From NCBI GenBank assembly GCA_963703285.1, contig OY969807.1:1952001-2016000 (forward strand): a stretch of DNA of 64,000 bases, written 5' to 3'. Shown piece by piece: positions 10,009-19,268 of this stretch. The position numbers and the translations under genes are program-made. The number at the start of each line of letters is the position of its first letter. Positions within the stretch are counted from its first letter, which is position 1. This DNA comes from an uncultured Nitrososphaerota archaeon (lineage in GTDB: Archaea; Thermoproteota; Nitrososphaeria; Nitrososphaerales; Gagatemarchaeaceae). The notes under the pieces were generated by a model, which worked only from the letters and a program-made list of their open reading frames with translations, was not told the DNA's origin and ran no database searches.

Positions 10009-10236
10009 ATGACAGGCTTCACAACAGAGTCACCGTCGAAGAGGTTCGTAATACTCTCGGAGTCCGGCAGGTGCGAGAACCTCCTGCAGGCGCTGGAAGT
10101 TCGGACGTCCCACGGATACCGCGTCGTGCAGTGCTGGGGGTGGGGAGGAGGCATAGGGAGCATCCCCATGACCTCGGTCCTGCTGGAGAAGGTCGAGGCT
10201 GGGGCGCGCGGGAGCAGGAAGACCCAGAACAGGTGA
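10009..10236 (+). CDS. small hypothetical protein
   Basis: ATG about 30 nt after TTTATT (near 9977). beta-alpha-beta-beta pattern (GYRVV...VLLEK). Confidence 0.45.
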   Translation: MTGFTTESPSKRFVILSESGRCENLLQALEVRTSHGYRVVQCWGWGGGIGSIPMTSVLLEKVEAGARGSRKTQNR

Positions 10237-10317
10237 CCGTGGGCCGGGGACCGAACCCGGTTTCTGAAGACGAGGCTATAGTTGATACACGCAGCCTCCA
10301 CAGATTACCCCGAAATC

Positions 10318-10782
10318 ATGAAGGCCGCCCAGGTTCACAAATGCGCTAAGATCGAGACGGACCCCGTCGTCATCGACGACATCGAGCGGCCGAGGCCAGG
10401 CACGGGCCAAGTGCTCGTGAAGGTCGACGCCGCCTGGGCCGTCAGGATGCTGGGCTCGAAGGTGAAGCACGTTCACGTCAAGGACGCCTTCGGGAGGCCG
10501 GGGGTCTTCGGGGAGACGTTCACCTTCCCCTTCCTCGGCGAAGGGGTCGTGGACTGGCTGGCGTTCTTCCGCGCGCTGGACGAAGTCGGATGCGAGGGAT
10601 TCCTCTCGCTGGAGTTCGAGAACGACAGGTATCTCGAGAACGTCTGCGGTGGGGACTGGTCGGTTGCGGCCGTCCAGCTCAAGGAGAGGGCGGACGCACT
10701 GCTCGGGAGGGCGCTGCCTCGTTCGGGGAAGCACCCAGAGGACGGGAGAGCCGGGTCCGTCCGGTCGAGTCCGTACCGCTAG
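10318..10782 (+). pseudogene. chimeric relic: Zn-dependent alcohol dehydrogenase N-terminus fused to sugar-phosphate isomerase (AP_endonuc_2 TIM barrel) C-terminus
   Basis: MKAAQVHK...IERPRPGTGQVLVKVDAA matches an MDR N-terminus. KVKHVHVKD...LGEGVVDW...LDEVG-x-EGFLSLEFE matches an IolE-like C-terminal third. Confidence 0.7.
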
Positions 10783-10817
10783 CGTTAAATCGGCAAGGTC
10801 CTTCCGACGGTTCTAGG

Positions 10818-11870
10818 TTGTCGGAGACAAGCGACACCGCCACTCCTCCCGAGTCCCCTCCGGTCCTCCCTTTCACTGCGAAGAGCATCCTCCAAATCTG
10901 CTGGAGTCTGACACTGATACTCTCGCACGAAGCCCAGCAGAACAAGCTCGGAGAGACGTTCGAGTCCTACTTCATGAACGTCTTCCAGCAGTACGACAAC
11001 ACCGGTGCGAAGGGCGGAGGAGCCACGAGCCAAGGGAACGGGGGAGCGGGCCCGAAGGACGCGGCCGGCGGAAGGGCCGTCCCCGATCCGCCTCCCGAAG
11101 GCGGGCAGGCGCCCGCTGAGTCTGTGCCCCCTCCTGCCGGTGTCAAAGGGCCGAAGGACAGTCAGCCTCCGAAAAACAAGGTCGAACCAGCGTTCGTCCA
11201 GAACCTGGTTATGTCGCTCGCCAAGAACGTCAGAGACATAGGCTTCGTCAGGGAGAACCACGTTAGATACCTCGACTTCATGTCGCAGCAGCTGGGGCAG
11301 ACCATCCAGTTCTACGACGACGTCGCCGACTTCACTTCGACGTCCAGCTCGAGCATCATCACCAAGGCGGTCTCCTTTCTGGGAGTCGGGTCGGTGGTCG
11401 ACCTTGCCGCGCAGGGGAACAGCCTCACGGACCGCAACATCGCCATCTTCACAATCTTCGGCCTGGTCGGGGCGGCCGTCATCACCATCCTCCTCAAGTA
11501 CGCCAGCAACGGGAGAATCGAGACGGAATACAAGAAGGTCGAGAAGACGCAGAACGACTACTGGCGCAATCACTTCAAGATGGACATGGCCTCCCAACTG
11601 CTGATACAGTACAAGGAGTACGCGGAGCTGGTGGAGAGATACTATCCCGACCAGTTCGAACGGATCAAGAAGGAGGACAGCCTGTTGAGCTCGAGCGAGG
11701 ATGGAGCATGGGAGGTGATATGGAATGACATCCTGCCCTCCGACAGGATCACTTGGCCGCCCTTCATCGCGAGCCAGCCTCCATCGACTGCGAGCTCGTC
11801 CCAGCAGACGCCGGCAACTCCCAAGAGCGCCCCTGCTCCCGCTTCGCCCTCGAAGACGACGACTTCGTAG
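10818..11870 (+). CDS. hypothetical membrane protein with Pro/Gly-rich insertion and Ser/Pro tail
   Basis: Long ORF with host-like codon usage and two hydrophobic segments. TTG start about 30 nt after GTTAAAT. Confidence 0.7.
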   Translation: MSETSDTATPPESPPVLPFTAKSILQICWSLTLILSHEAQQNKLGETFESYFMNVFQQYDNTGAKGGGATSQGNGGAGPKDAAGGRAVPDPPPEGGQAPAESVPPPAGVKGPKDSQPPKNKVEPAFVQNLVMSLAKNVRDIGFVRENHVRYLDFMSQQLGQTIQFYDDVADFTSTSSSSIITKAVSFLGVGSVVDLAAQGNSLTDRNIAIFTIFGLVGAAVITILLKYASNGRIETEYKKVEKTQNDYWRNHFKMDMASQLLIQYKEYAELVERYYPDQFERIKKEDSLLSSSEDGAWEVIWNDILPSDRITWPPFIASQPPSTASSSQQTPATPKSAPAPASPSKTTTS

Positions 11871-11909
11871 CCTTCCATTCCGTCCGGCGCGAGCCGACCC
11901 TTCGGTCTC

Positions 11910-12719
11910 CTAGGCCTTTCGCAAGTAGGCCCGCAGGGTCAGCGGAGCGAATACGACCACGACCGCCAACGAGACTATGAGCGACAGCCAGAAGTCATTG
12001 CCGATGGTGCCCTTGTTGAAGAGCTGCCGTATGGCGCTCACGATGTAGGTGAGCGGGTTTACGTTGACGAAGTCCTGAAGCCACCAGGGTAGGGTGTTGG
12101 TCGGCACGAAGGCGCCGGAGAGGAAGCTCAGAGGGAACAGGATCGCCGCGGAGATGCCCTGGACCGTCTGCGCCGTCTTTAGAATGGCACCAAGCAACGC
12201 GAAGATCCAGCTGATGCACCACGAGCAGAAGACGACGAGGACACCTCCCAACAGAGCTCCGTCGAGGCTGGCCCAGCGGAACCCAATGAGGTAGCCCATG
12301 ACGAACGTCAGGCTCGTAGCGATCGCGTAGCGGACGATGTCGGCAAGCAGTGGTCCCGTGAGCGGGGCTATCCGGGCGATGGGCATCGACTTGAAACGAT
12401 AGAACACCCCCTTGTCCATGTCCTCGCGGAGTTGAACCCCGGTCGCCATGGACGCAGTCAGGGCCGTCTGGGCCAGGATTCCAGGGATTATTATCGGCAG
12501 GTAGCCGCCCACGCTGCCTGAGATCGCGCCGCCGAAGAGGTACACGAACATCAGCGTGAAGAGGATGGGCTGGATGGTCACGTCGAAGAGCTGCTGCGGC
12601 GTCCGGCGAATCATGAGCAGATTGCGGTAGGCCATCGTCAGAGAGTTGCTGATGGTCGTCCGCAGGCTCACGCGGTTCTTCAGCGTTCGCTCGGCGCCCG
12701 GGACGATCTGCGCTGTCAT
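11910..12719 (-). CDS. ABC-2 type drug exporter permease (DrrB-like)
   Basis: QPILFTLMFVYLFGGAI, LREDMDKGVFYRFKSMPIAR and NVNPLTYIVSAIR. Confidence 0.9.
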   Translation of the reverse strand: MTAQIVPGAERTLKNRVSLRTTISNSLTMAYRNLLMIRRTPQQLFDVTIQPILFTLMFVYLFGGAISGSVGGYLPIIIPGILAQTALTASMATGVQLREDMDKGVFYRFKSMPIARIAPLTGPLLADIVRYAIATSLTFVMGYLIGFRWASLDGALLGGVLVVFCSWCISWIFALLGAILKTAQTVQGISAAILFPLSFLSGAFVPTNTLPWWLQDFVNVNPLTYIVSAIRQLFNKGTIGNDFWLSLIVSLAVVVVFAPLTLRAYLRKA

Positions 12720-13726
12720 GGCTCGGTCGCTCCCTTCTCAGCCTGCTTGCCATCTCCGGTCAGCGCCAGGAAGACCTCGTCGAGGGTCGGTTCCTCCACG
12801 CTCACGGTGGCTAGGCGTATTCTCGCCTCGCGCAGTGCGACGAGCAGGTCGGTCACCCGGTCGGGGTCCGCCATCGGCGCTGTTACGAGCGTTGACTCTG
12901 GCGTGGAGGCCTTCACCTTGAGCACAGTCTGGGTGATGCGGGTCGCTTCGGCGGTCTCCTTCTCGTCGGCGAGCTGCAGGTGCAGCGTCGCTTTTCCGAC
13001 CGCCGCCTTCAGCTCACGGGGCGTGCCCTCGGCCACCACGCGCCCGTGGTCGATCACGGCTATCCGGTCCGCGAGCTGGTCGGCCTCATCAAGGTACTGT
13101 GTTGTCAGGAGAATCGTCGACCCCGTGGCGGTGAGTCGTCGAATGGATTCCCACATCTGTATCCTCGTGCGCGGGTCGAGGCCGGTGGTCGGTTCGTCCA
13201 GGAAGATGAGCGGTGCTTGTACGATTAGGCTTGAAGCGAGGTCGAGCCTCCTCCGCATGCCTCCCGAGAACTTGTCGAGCGTCCTGTTGGCGGCGTCCGC
13301 CAGTCCAAACTCCTCCAGCAGCTCGGCGGCCCTCTCGCTCGCTTCGGACCTGCCGAGGCCGAGCAGCAGCCCGAAGATTCTCAGGTTCTCGGATCCGGAC
13401 AGCTTCTCATCGACCGCGGCGCTCTGGCCCGTCACGCTGATGAGCTGACGGACGACCTGGGCCTCCTGCACAACGTCGTGGCCGAACACCTTGGCGTTCC
13501 CGCCGTCCGGTTTGAGGAGCGTGTTCAGCATGTTAATGATCGTCGTCTTGCCGGCGCCGTTCGGCCCGAGAAGCGCGTAGATGTAGCCGCTCGGTATCGA
13601 GAGGTCCACGCCATCGACGGCGCGGTTGTCCCCGAAGACCTTGACGAGCCCGCGGGCTTCGACGGCGAGGGTGCTCCGACCGACTTTCGAGTCCCCTTCC
13701 TGGACTTCTGACTGTTGCATCATCAC
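12716..13726 (-). CDS. ABC drug exporter ATP-binding subunit (DrrA-like)
   Basis: Walker A GPNGAGKT, signature FSGGMRRRL, LDEPTTGLDP, TTQYLDEAD and C-terminal PTLDEVFL-x-LTG. Confidence 0.93.
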   Translation of the reverse strand: MMMQQSEVQEGDSKVGRSTLAVEARGLVKVFGDNRAVDGVDLSIPSGYIYALLGPNGAGKTTIINMLNTLLKPDGGNAKVFGHDVVQEAQVVRQLISVTGQSAAVDEKLSGSENLRIFGLLLGLGRSEASERAAELLEEFGLADAANRTLDKFSGGMRRRLDLASSLIVQAPLIFLDEPTTGLDPRTRIQMWESIRRLTATGSTILLTTQYLDEADQLADRIAVIDHGRVVAEGTPRELKAAVGKATLHLQLADEKETAEATRITQTVLKVKASTPESTLVTAPMADPDRVTDLLVALREARIRLATVSVEEPTLDEVFLALTGDGKQAEKGATEP

Positions 13727-14238
13727 GGCCCGCTCCTCGATTGAAGCGCGCCGTTGAGGGCCTCGAGCCTCCTAGCCAGCTTCTCTACCCTGTCCCTGTA
13801 CTTCGAGAGCCTCGCCCCATCGGTCTTCTGGAGGTCCTCAAGATAGGAGGTGTTGCTCTCCATGCCGGAGAGGGCGCTCGCTACATCGTCACCAACGCCC
13901 GTTTGCTCTCTGTATCCAGCGGTAAGCTCGAACTTCCCGTCCTTGTTCTTCGCTATCAGCCCCTCCTTCTCAAGCTGCTCGAGCAGGGGGTAGATCGAGC
14001 CGGGGCTCGGCCTGTACCAGCCGTGGCTCATCTCTTGTAGCTCGTTCATGATGTCTACTCCGTTCATCGGCTCCTTTTCGAGGAGTTCGATTAGCTGGGG
14101 CCGAAGGAAGCCGCGCTGCCCGAACAGGATTCGGCCGCGGTGCTCCATAAACCGGAAGCCCGGGTTTCCCCAGGGTCTATGATCCCAGGGTTTGTGATGT
14201 TGTCTCTCTCCATCTTGATTGTCGTCGCTCACTGTCAT
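13723..14238 (-). CDS. PadR-family transcriptional regulator
   Basis: wHTH motif PMNG-x-DIM...WYRPSPGSIYPLL-x-QL-x-KEGLI. First gene of the drrAB operon. Confidence 0.9.
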   Translation of the reverse strand: MTVSDDNQDGERQHHKPWDHRPWGNPGFRFMEHRGRILFGQRGFLRPQLIELLEKEPMNGVDIMNELQEMSHGWYRPSPGSIYPLLEQLEKEGLIAKNKDGKFELTAGYREQTGVGDDVASALSGMESNTSYLEDLQKTDGARLSKYRDRVEKLARRLEALNGALQSRSGP

Positions 14239-14246
14239 ATCACCAA

Positions 14247-14278
14247 ATATCTTATATCCGATATCGGCTACACGATAT
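14247..14278. promoter_or_regulatory. putative PadR operator: two overlapping ATATCG-N6-CGATAT palindromes
   Basis: ATATCT-TATATC-CGATAT (14247-14264) overlaps ATATCG-GCTACA-CGATAT (14261-14278). The same motif occurs at the second PadR locus. Confidence 0.75.
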
Positions 14279-14370
14279 AGGGTATTAAAACGTTCCGAGG
14301 ATGGTCGAGACCGTGAAGCACGGCACGATCTTCGCTAGGCTTATCCCGTCCCAGAGCTTGCCAGGCACTC

Positions 14371-15372
14371 GTGCTAGCCAAACGCTCCATAGGCTACAAC
14401 GTGGTCCCCGACCTGGTAGAACCCACCAAACTGATGCAAATCTGCAAGCGCGCAGAAAAGGCAGGGTTTGACGCCATCTGGCTCCCAGACCACTTTCATC
14501 CGTGGTTCAACACCGACGCGATCGAGTACAACAGCTGGGTCTTCATGGCCGCGGCCATGCAGGAAGTCAAGATTCCGTTCGGCACGGCCGTCACGGTGCC
14601 GACCTACAGATACCACCCGGCGATAACCGCCCAGGCCTTCGCCACAATGCAGGCGCTGTTCGGGAACCGAGTGATTCTGGGCGTTGGCACCGGGGAGGCG
14701 ATGAACGAGGTGCCCTTGGGATTCGACTGGCCGAAGTACCCCGAGAGGAGGGACAGACTGATCGAGGCCGTCCAGATAATCAAGGCGCTCTGGAAGGGGG
14801 GTTTCGTCGACTTCGACGGTCGCTACTATAAGATAAGGGGGGCGAATCTGTACATGAAGGCAGACGTCCCGATTCTGATGTCTGCGATGGGCCCGAAGAT
14901 GGCCAAGACCGTTGGAGAATTCGGGGACGGAATCATAACCGCGGGCAAGACTCCGCAGTACATCAACGAAGTCCTGTTCCCGGCGATCTCCGAGGGGGCG
15001 AGGAGGTCGAACAGGACTCTGGACGACTTACTCAAGGTCGTGGAGATCGACGTCGGCTATGACGAGGACTACGACCGAGCGGTCAAGACGTGCAGGAAAT
15101 GGGCCGCCACAATACTCCCCGAGATCTTCAACAACAACATATCCGACCCGAGGAAGATCGAGGAGATAGGGAATTCCGTCACGGACAAGCAGCTGGCCGA
15201 GGTCTTTCCCATCGCGACCGACGAGAACGAGTTCATAACGAGGATAGAGCAGTACTTCAAGTGCGGGTTCGACCATGCCTACCTGATGATTAACGCCTTC
15301 GACGACGAGAAGGCGTTCAATCTCTTCGAGAGGAAGGTACTCCCGTACTTCAGGTCAGACGGCACGAGATAA
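14371..15372 (+). CDS. F420-dependent LLM-class oxidoreductase (FGD/TIGR03557-like)
   Basis: AEKAGFDAIWLPDHFHPW, VT-x-PTYRYHPA-x-x-AQAFAT and LGVGTGEAMNE. Confidence 0.88.
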   Translation: MLAKRSIGYNVVPDLVEPTKLMQICKRAEKAGFDAIWLPDHFHPWFNTDAIEYNSWVFMAAAMQEVKIPFGTAVTVPTYRYHPAITAQAFATMQALFGNRVILGVGTGEAMNEVPLGFDWPKYPERRDRLIEAVQIIKALWKGGFVDFDGRYYKIRGANLYMKADVPILMSAMGPKMAKTVGEFGDGIITAGKTPQYINEVLFPAISEGARRSNRTLDDLLKVVEIDVGYDEDYDRAVKTCRKWAATILPEIFNNNISDPRKIEEIGNSVTDKQLAEVFPIATDENEFITRIEQYFKCGFDHAYLMINAFDDEKAFNLFERKVLPYFRSDGTR

Positions 15373-15555
15373 CCCTGCTGGGTGGCTCACACCCCATGCG
15401 TGGCCAACCGAGTCCAACAGGATTGCAAGCGAATACACGACCTCATTGTCAGTTCTGCCGCTTGAACAGATCTAAAAAAGAAGCGGAAGTAGCGAGTCAG
15501 ACGGGAGGTCGCATAACACCAGTGCGATTTAAAAACCTCTGGACGTTCTAGCTAA

Positions 15556-15951
15556 ATGATGCCGTCGAGCCCGTCACGGATCATCGACAAGCAGATCGCG
15601 GCCGCGAAGGACTGGCGCGGCGAGGTGCTGGCCAACCTCCGCACGATAATCCACGATGCCGACCCGGACATCGTGGAGGAGTTGAAATGGAAGGGCACGC
15701 CCGTGTTTTCCCACGAGGGCGTGGTCTGTTTGTTCAAGCCTTTCAAGGATAAGGTGAAGTTGACGTTCTACGAAGGTGCACCCCTTCCGGATCCTGAGAA
15801 GCTGTTCAACTCGATGCTCGAAGGTAACAAGTGGAGAGCCATCGACTTCTTCGAGGGAGACGAGATCAAGGAGCACGCTCTGAAAGAGCTCATTCGCAGG
15901 GCTGTCGCACAGAACGTTAGTCGGAGAAAGACCATCGGAACCAAAAGGTAG
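15556..15951 (+). CDS. DUF1801 (YdhG-like) protein
   Basis: DWRGE-x-L-x-x-LR-x-IIHDADP...KW-x-GTPVFSH-x-G and LPDP-x-KLFNS-x-LEGN-x-x-RAID. TTTAAAAA near 15528. Confidence 0.88.
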   Translation: MMPSSPSRIIDKQIAAAKDWRGEVLANLRTIIHDADPDIVEELKWKGTPVFSHEGVVCLFKPFKDKVKLTFYEGAPLPDPEKLFNSMLEGNKWRAIDFFEGDEIKEHALKELIRRAVAQNVSRRKTIGTKR

Positions 15952-15968
15952 AAGCTTACCCCACACGC

Positions 15969-17168
15969 CTACTTCGACAGGCCGTTTGCGGCCCCTTCGC
16001 CCCCGGGCCTACGCATCTCCCTCCTGGCAACCTCTAGCTGTTCCTTAAGCCGGGAGATTTGGCTGTCTAGGTCAAAAATCCAGTCCCCTCTTGAATCGTC
16101 CACGAGGTAGAGTGGAGCGGAGTAGCCCCTGGAACACGCAGGATCCGCAACGTACGTCGCCGACCGGTCGGCGACGGGCCTTAGGACTTCTCTGAAGTAC
16201 GACAAGACTTCCACCGTCTGCTCCAGCGGAACGACGAACTGTGCTGCGTAGTCTTGCCCCCCGGCCTCCAGCCACATGAAGGGTAGGGCGTTGAACCTCT
16301 CGCTGAGTCGAGCCAGCTCTTCAGGAGTCACGGATGAGACGAGGGTCCAGAGGCCGAGCCTGTGGCGGGGTGCGAACGGCCGGCCCGTCTCCAGGTTGAC
16401 CTGAGCCCGGTTCCAGTTTACGCGGTACCACGAGATTAAACCTGCACGAGCGATGTGTTCCGCGTGCATGGAAGCCGTCTCGCCGCTCACTCTCAGCCTC
16501 TTGGCTATCTCCTTCAACGGCGTGTTCGCGTTCAGCATGAGGTGGAACATGATTGCGATATCGGTCGAGTCGAAACGCCGTCTGGGGCTCCTGTGAGGGA
16601 GGCTGATGGGCACGTTGGTCGGGATCCTCGTCCAGTCGAATTCCCACCTTCCGCGCCGAAAGTCGAAGAGGTCCGCACTCATCGGCCTGTATCTCACCCA
16701 CGAGGTTCGCAGGACCCTTTGCGTCTTCGATATCAAGCCGACCTCGGTCATACGACTCAGCATCGCCGGGGCTTCGTCGTAGTGGTCTTCGGGAATCGAA
16801 AAACGGAGCAGGAACTTTCCGTCCGGTAGGGTCCTGTAGAAGCCCGATAGAAACCAGTGGTCATCCATGTCGCTCACGATATCCTCCACCTTTTCCTGAA
16901 ACTCGTCCGCGATGTCGACGAGCGCGTACACCTCCCTCAAGCCCAGGACTCCGCTGTTGGTCCCGGCGTGGACCACGTAGCCGTGCTTCTCTATCGTCGA
17001 CTTGAAGGTTCGCCTGACTGTCTCCTCTGGCTGGTTCAATCTCCTAGCGATTTCGGCGAAGTTTGGGCCAACCTGCTCCAACTCTCTGACCATCGATGAA
17101 ACACGGTCCCTCTGCCTGGCCCTGGGAGCTGGACCGACAACTTTGGGCCCATATGTCCGGTCGACCAA
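15969..17168 (-). CDS. duplicated Lrp/AsnC-like winged-helix regulator
   Basis: Two HTH modules (NFAEIARRL-x-x-PEETVR; FDSTD-x-x-I...PLKEIAKRL-x-VS-x-ET), each followed by a ferredoxin-like segment. Start uncertain (17168 or 17093). Confidence 0.7.
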   Translation of the reverse strand: MVDRTYGPKVVGPAPRARQRDRVSSMVRELEQVGPNFAEIARRLNQPEETVRRTFKSTIEKHGYVVHAGTNSGVLGLREVYALVDIADEFQEKVEDIVSDMDDHWFLSGFYRTLPDGKFLLRFSIPEDHYDEAPAMLSRMTEVGLISKTQRVLRTSWVRYRPMSADLFDFRRGRWEFDWTRIPTNVPISLPHRSPRRRFDSTDIAIMFHLMLNANTPLKEIAKRLRVSGETASMHAEHIARAGLISWYRVNWNRAQVNLETGRPFAPRHRLGLWTLVSSVTPEELARLSERFNALPFMWLEAGGQDYAAQFVVPLEQTVEVLSYFREVLRPVADRSATYVADPACSRGYSAPLYLVDDSRGDWIFDLDSQISRLKEQLEVARREMRRPGGEGAANGLSK

Positions 17169-17400
17169 GGCAGTCTTCGGGACGATTGACGCTGCTGGCT
17201 GCCTATAAGACTAACCATGTGTCATTTGGGAAGCTGTGGGCGAAGCAGCGCACGAAAGGGCTGAATACAGGTGCTGCGGTCGGTTGGTACGCTTTCATTA
17301 TGAAGTCGGCATATTCGGACTCGAGTGCCAAGGTGCAGCTCCCCGACGCCGGAATCATCCTTCACCTCGGCCCGAACCTGCCCAAGGAGATGGGCCCGGC

Positions 17401-18574
17401 TTGAACCGGAGGGGCGTCTGCTATGATGTAGGACGCGTGATGATGGGAGGTAACTGGCGTCCGAAGCTCAGATCCAAAGATTGTGCACCGAGAACTCGGA
17501 GTCATCAAGAACGACCTGCACTGCAACGCGGTGAGAATCTGTGGGTTCGACACCGACCGTCTAATGATGGCCGCTGAAGACGCTCTGACCCAAGGATTGG
17601 AAGTGTGGCTTTCGCCCGAGATGTGGGACAAGAGCCAGGATGAGACTCTCGAATACATCGCGAGGGCGGCGGAGCGGGCAGAGGGACTCCGTCAACGGTG
17701 GCCCGGAAAGCTGGTCTTCAGTTTGGGGTCTGAGCTGAGCCTCTTCTCTCAGGGGATGATCGAGGGCAAGAACGTCTTTGACCGGATTTCCCGTCCCTCA
17801 TTCTTGGGCGATATGATGGCCGGGAAGCACAACGGCCCGCTCAATGCGTCCCTCTCGAATCTGAGCGAGGCCGCGAAGAAGTCGTTCCTAGGCCCGCTGA
17901 CCTACTTCTCCCTACCGTTCGAAGCTGTCGACTGGAGACCGTTCGATTTCGTCGGGGTGGACCATTACAGGAACGCGCAGAACAAGGACTCCTATGGCGG
18001 GATGGTAAACAAGTACAAGGCGTTCGGCAAGCCTGTCGTAGTAGGAGAGTTCGGGTGCTGCACCTTCCGGGGCGCGGACCTGCTCGGAGCCAACGGCTTC
18101 ATGATAACCTTCGGGATGATGGAAGGCCTCCTCGGGCCAAGCCAGAAGCTTCACAAGATGTTCTTGGATATGGCGCACGTCCCGCCCCGAACCGAGGGGC
18201 ACTACATCCGTGACGAGGAGCTCCAGGCACGCGAGCTGGTCGATCAGTTGGGGGTGCTTGACGCAGCGGGGGTTGAGGGCGCCTTCGTGCAAACCTTCGT
18301 GGTTCCTAACTCCCCATATCGCCAGGACCCCAGGTACGACACCGACATGGCGAACTTTAGCCTGGTGAAGAGCTTCCCCGAAGCGGAAACGGCCGAAGAG
18401 TTCAGGAGACAGACCATTCGTGGCGCCAGGGAGATGATGGGGGTGGACCTCGACCCCCACGTTCTGGATGTTTTTTCAGGTCCGATGGGCGAGTACGGAG
18501 TGACATATCCGGATTTGCCGTGGGAGCCGAAGGAATCGTTCAGGGCGGTCGCAAGATACTACGCTGAGCACTAG
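17401..18574 (+). CDS. glycoside-hydrolase-like TIM-barrel protein (family often auto-annotated as abortive infection protein), frameshift at about 17470
   Basis: N-terminus RGVCYDVG...NWRPKL is in one frame and DPKIVHRELGVIKNDLHCNAVRI in the next (extra A at 17470). Also GSELS, VDW-x-PFD-x-VGVDHY, GKPVVVGEFGCC and WEPKESF-x-AVA. Confidence 0.7.
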
Positions 18575-19125
18575 GCTGCTCCCTCCGTTTCTCTCTTCCA
18601 GGTACCCCAGCCAGTTATTGGAGGATCAATGTTCATCTGCCACAGCAAGGCGTTCAGCTCTCCCCTGTGCTGTAGCTCCTCTTCGACCAAGTGCCAAAGC
18701 ATGCTCCTAACGTTGAATCTTAGGACCTTACCCTCATTGGGACTTTCAATCCAGCGTGAAAGATCTTCGGGGGTCAATTGCTCGATGAAGCTGAGAATGT
18801 ACGGATCCATCCTAGCTTCTTCTGATTCCAGCTCCTCGATTGAATTGCAAGTGCGGCCGAACCTATCCGCCTTATCCAAGGGCTTCCCCCAGTACCTCTC
18901 GTCGAACCAGAGCCGGTAGGCAAAGAAGATGTGAGAACAGATGTCGAGTAATGAGGGAAAGGACGCGCCCCTGTCTTTTGAGAGTTCCGAGGCCGGGAGC
19001 GTTTGGAGAAGTTCGAGGTACTTTTTTCGGACATAGGTATTGTAGTTGTACCATTCTCTTATCGCCGCAAGCTCGACTCTCGCATCGAGCAATGACGGAC
19101 TTTCCTTTTCGGGCTTGGGCATCAT
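18571..19125 (-). CDS. DinB/YfiT-like putative metalloenzyme
   Basis: YN-x-x-VR, SFPSL-x-DI-x-x-HI and LWHLVEEELQHRGELNALLWQ. Confidence 0.85.
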   Translation of the reverse strand: MMPKPEKESPSLLDARVELAAIREWYNYNTYVRKKYLELLQTLPASELSKDRGASFPSLLDICSHIFFAYRLWFDERYWGKPLDKADRFGRTCNSIEELESEEARMDPYILSFIEQLTPEDLSRWIESPNEGKVLRFNVRSMLWHLVEEELQHRGELNALLWQMNIDPPITGWGTWKRETEGAA

Positions 19126-19268
19126 GATGCTCTTGGTTATGAAACACAGCACCGTATTTCCCTTTTGATGATTCAAAAGAAAAAGACGACTCGGCCCAAG
19201 TCAGCTCGGCCCTAGTCGCGGACGAAGGGATGGGCCTCTTAACGGCAGGCACCAATCCTTGGTGGAGG

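Noticed and set aside
11040-11060. GCGGGCCCGA matching the tRNA-Lys 3' end as a possible att site
   Set aside because: Only about 10 bp in GC-rich coding DNA, and no integrase is present.
17401-18574. Anti-phage abortive infection system
   Set aside because: The label attached to this family appears to be propagated annotation. The sequence looks like a glycoside-hydrolase barrel and has no defence neighbours.
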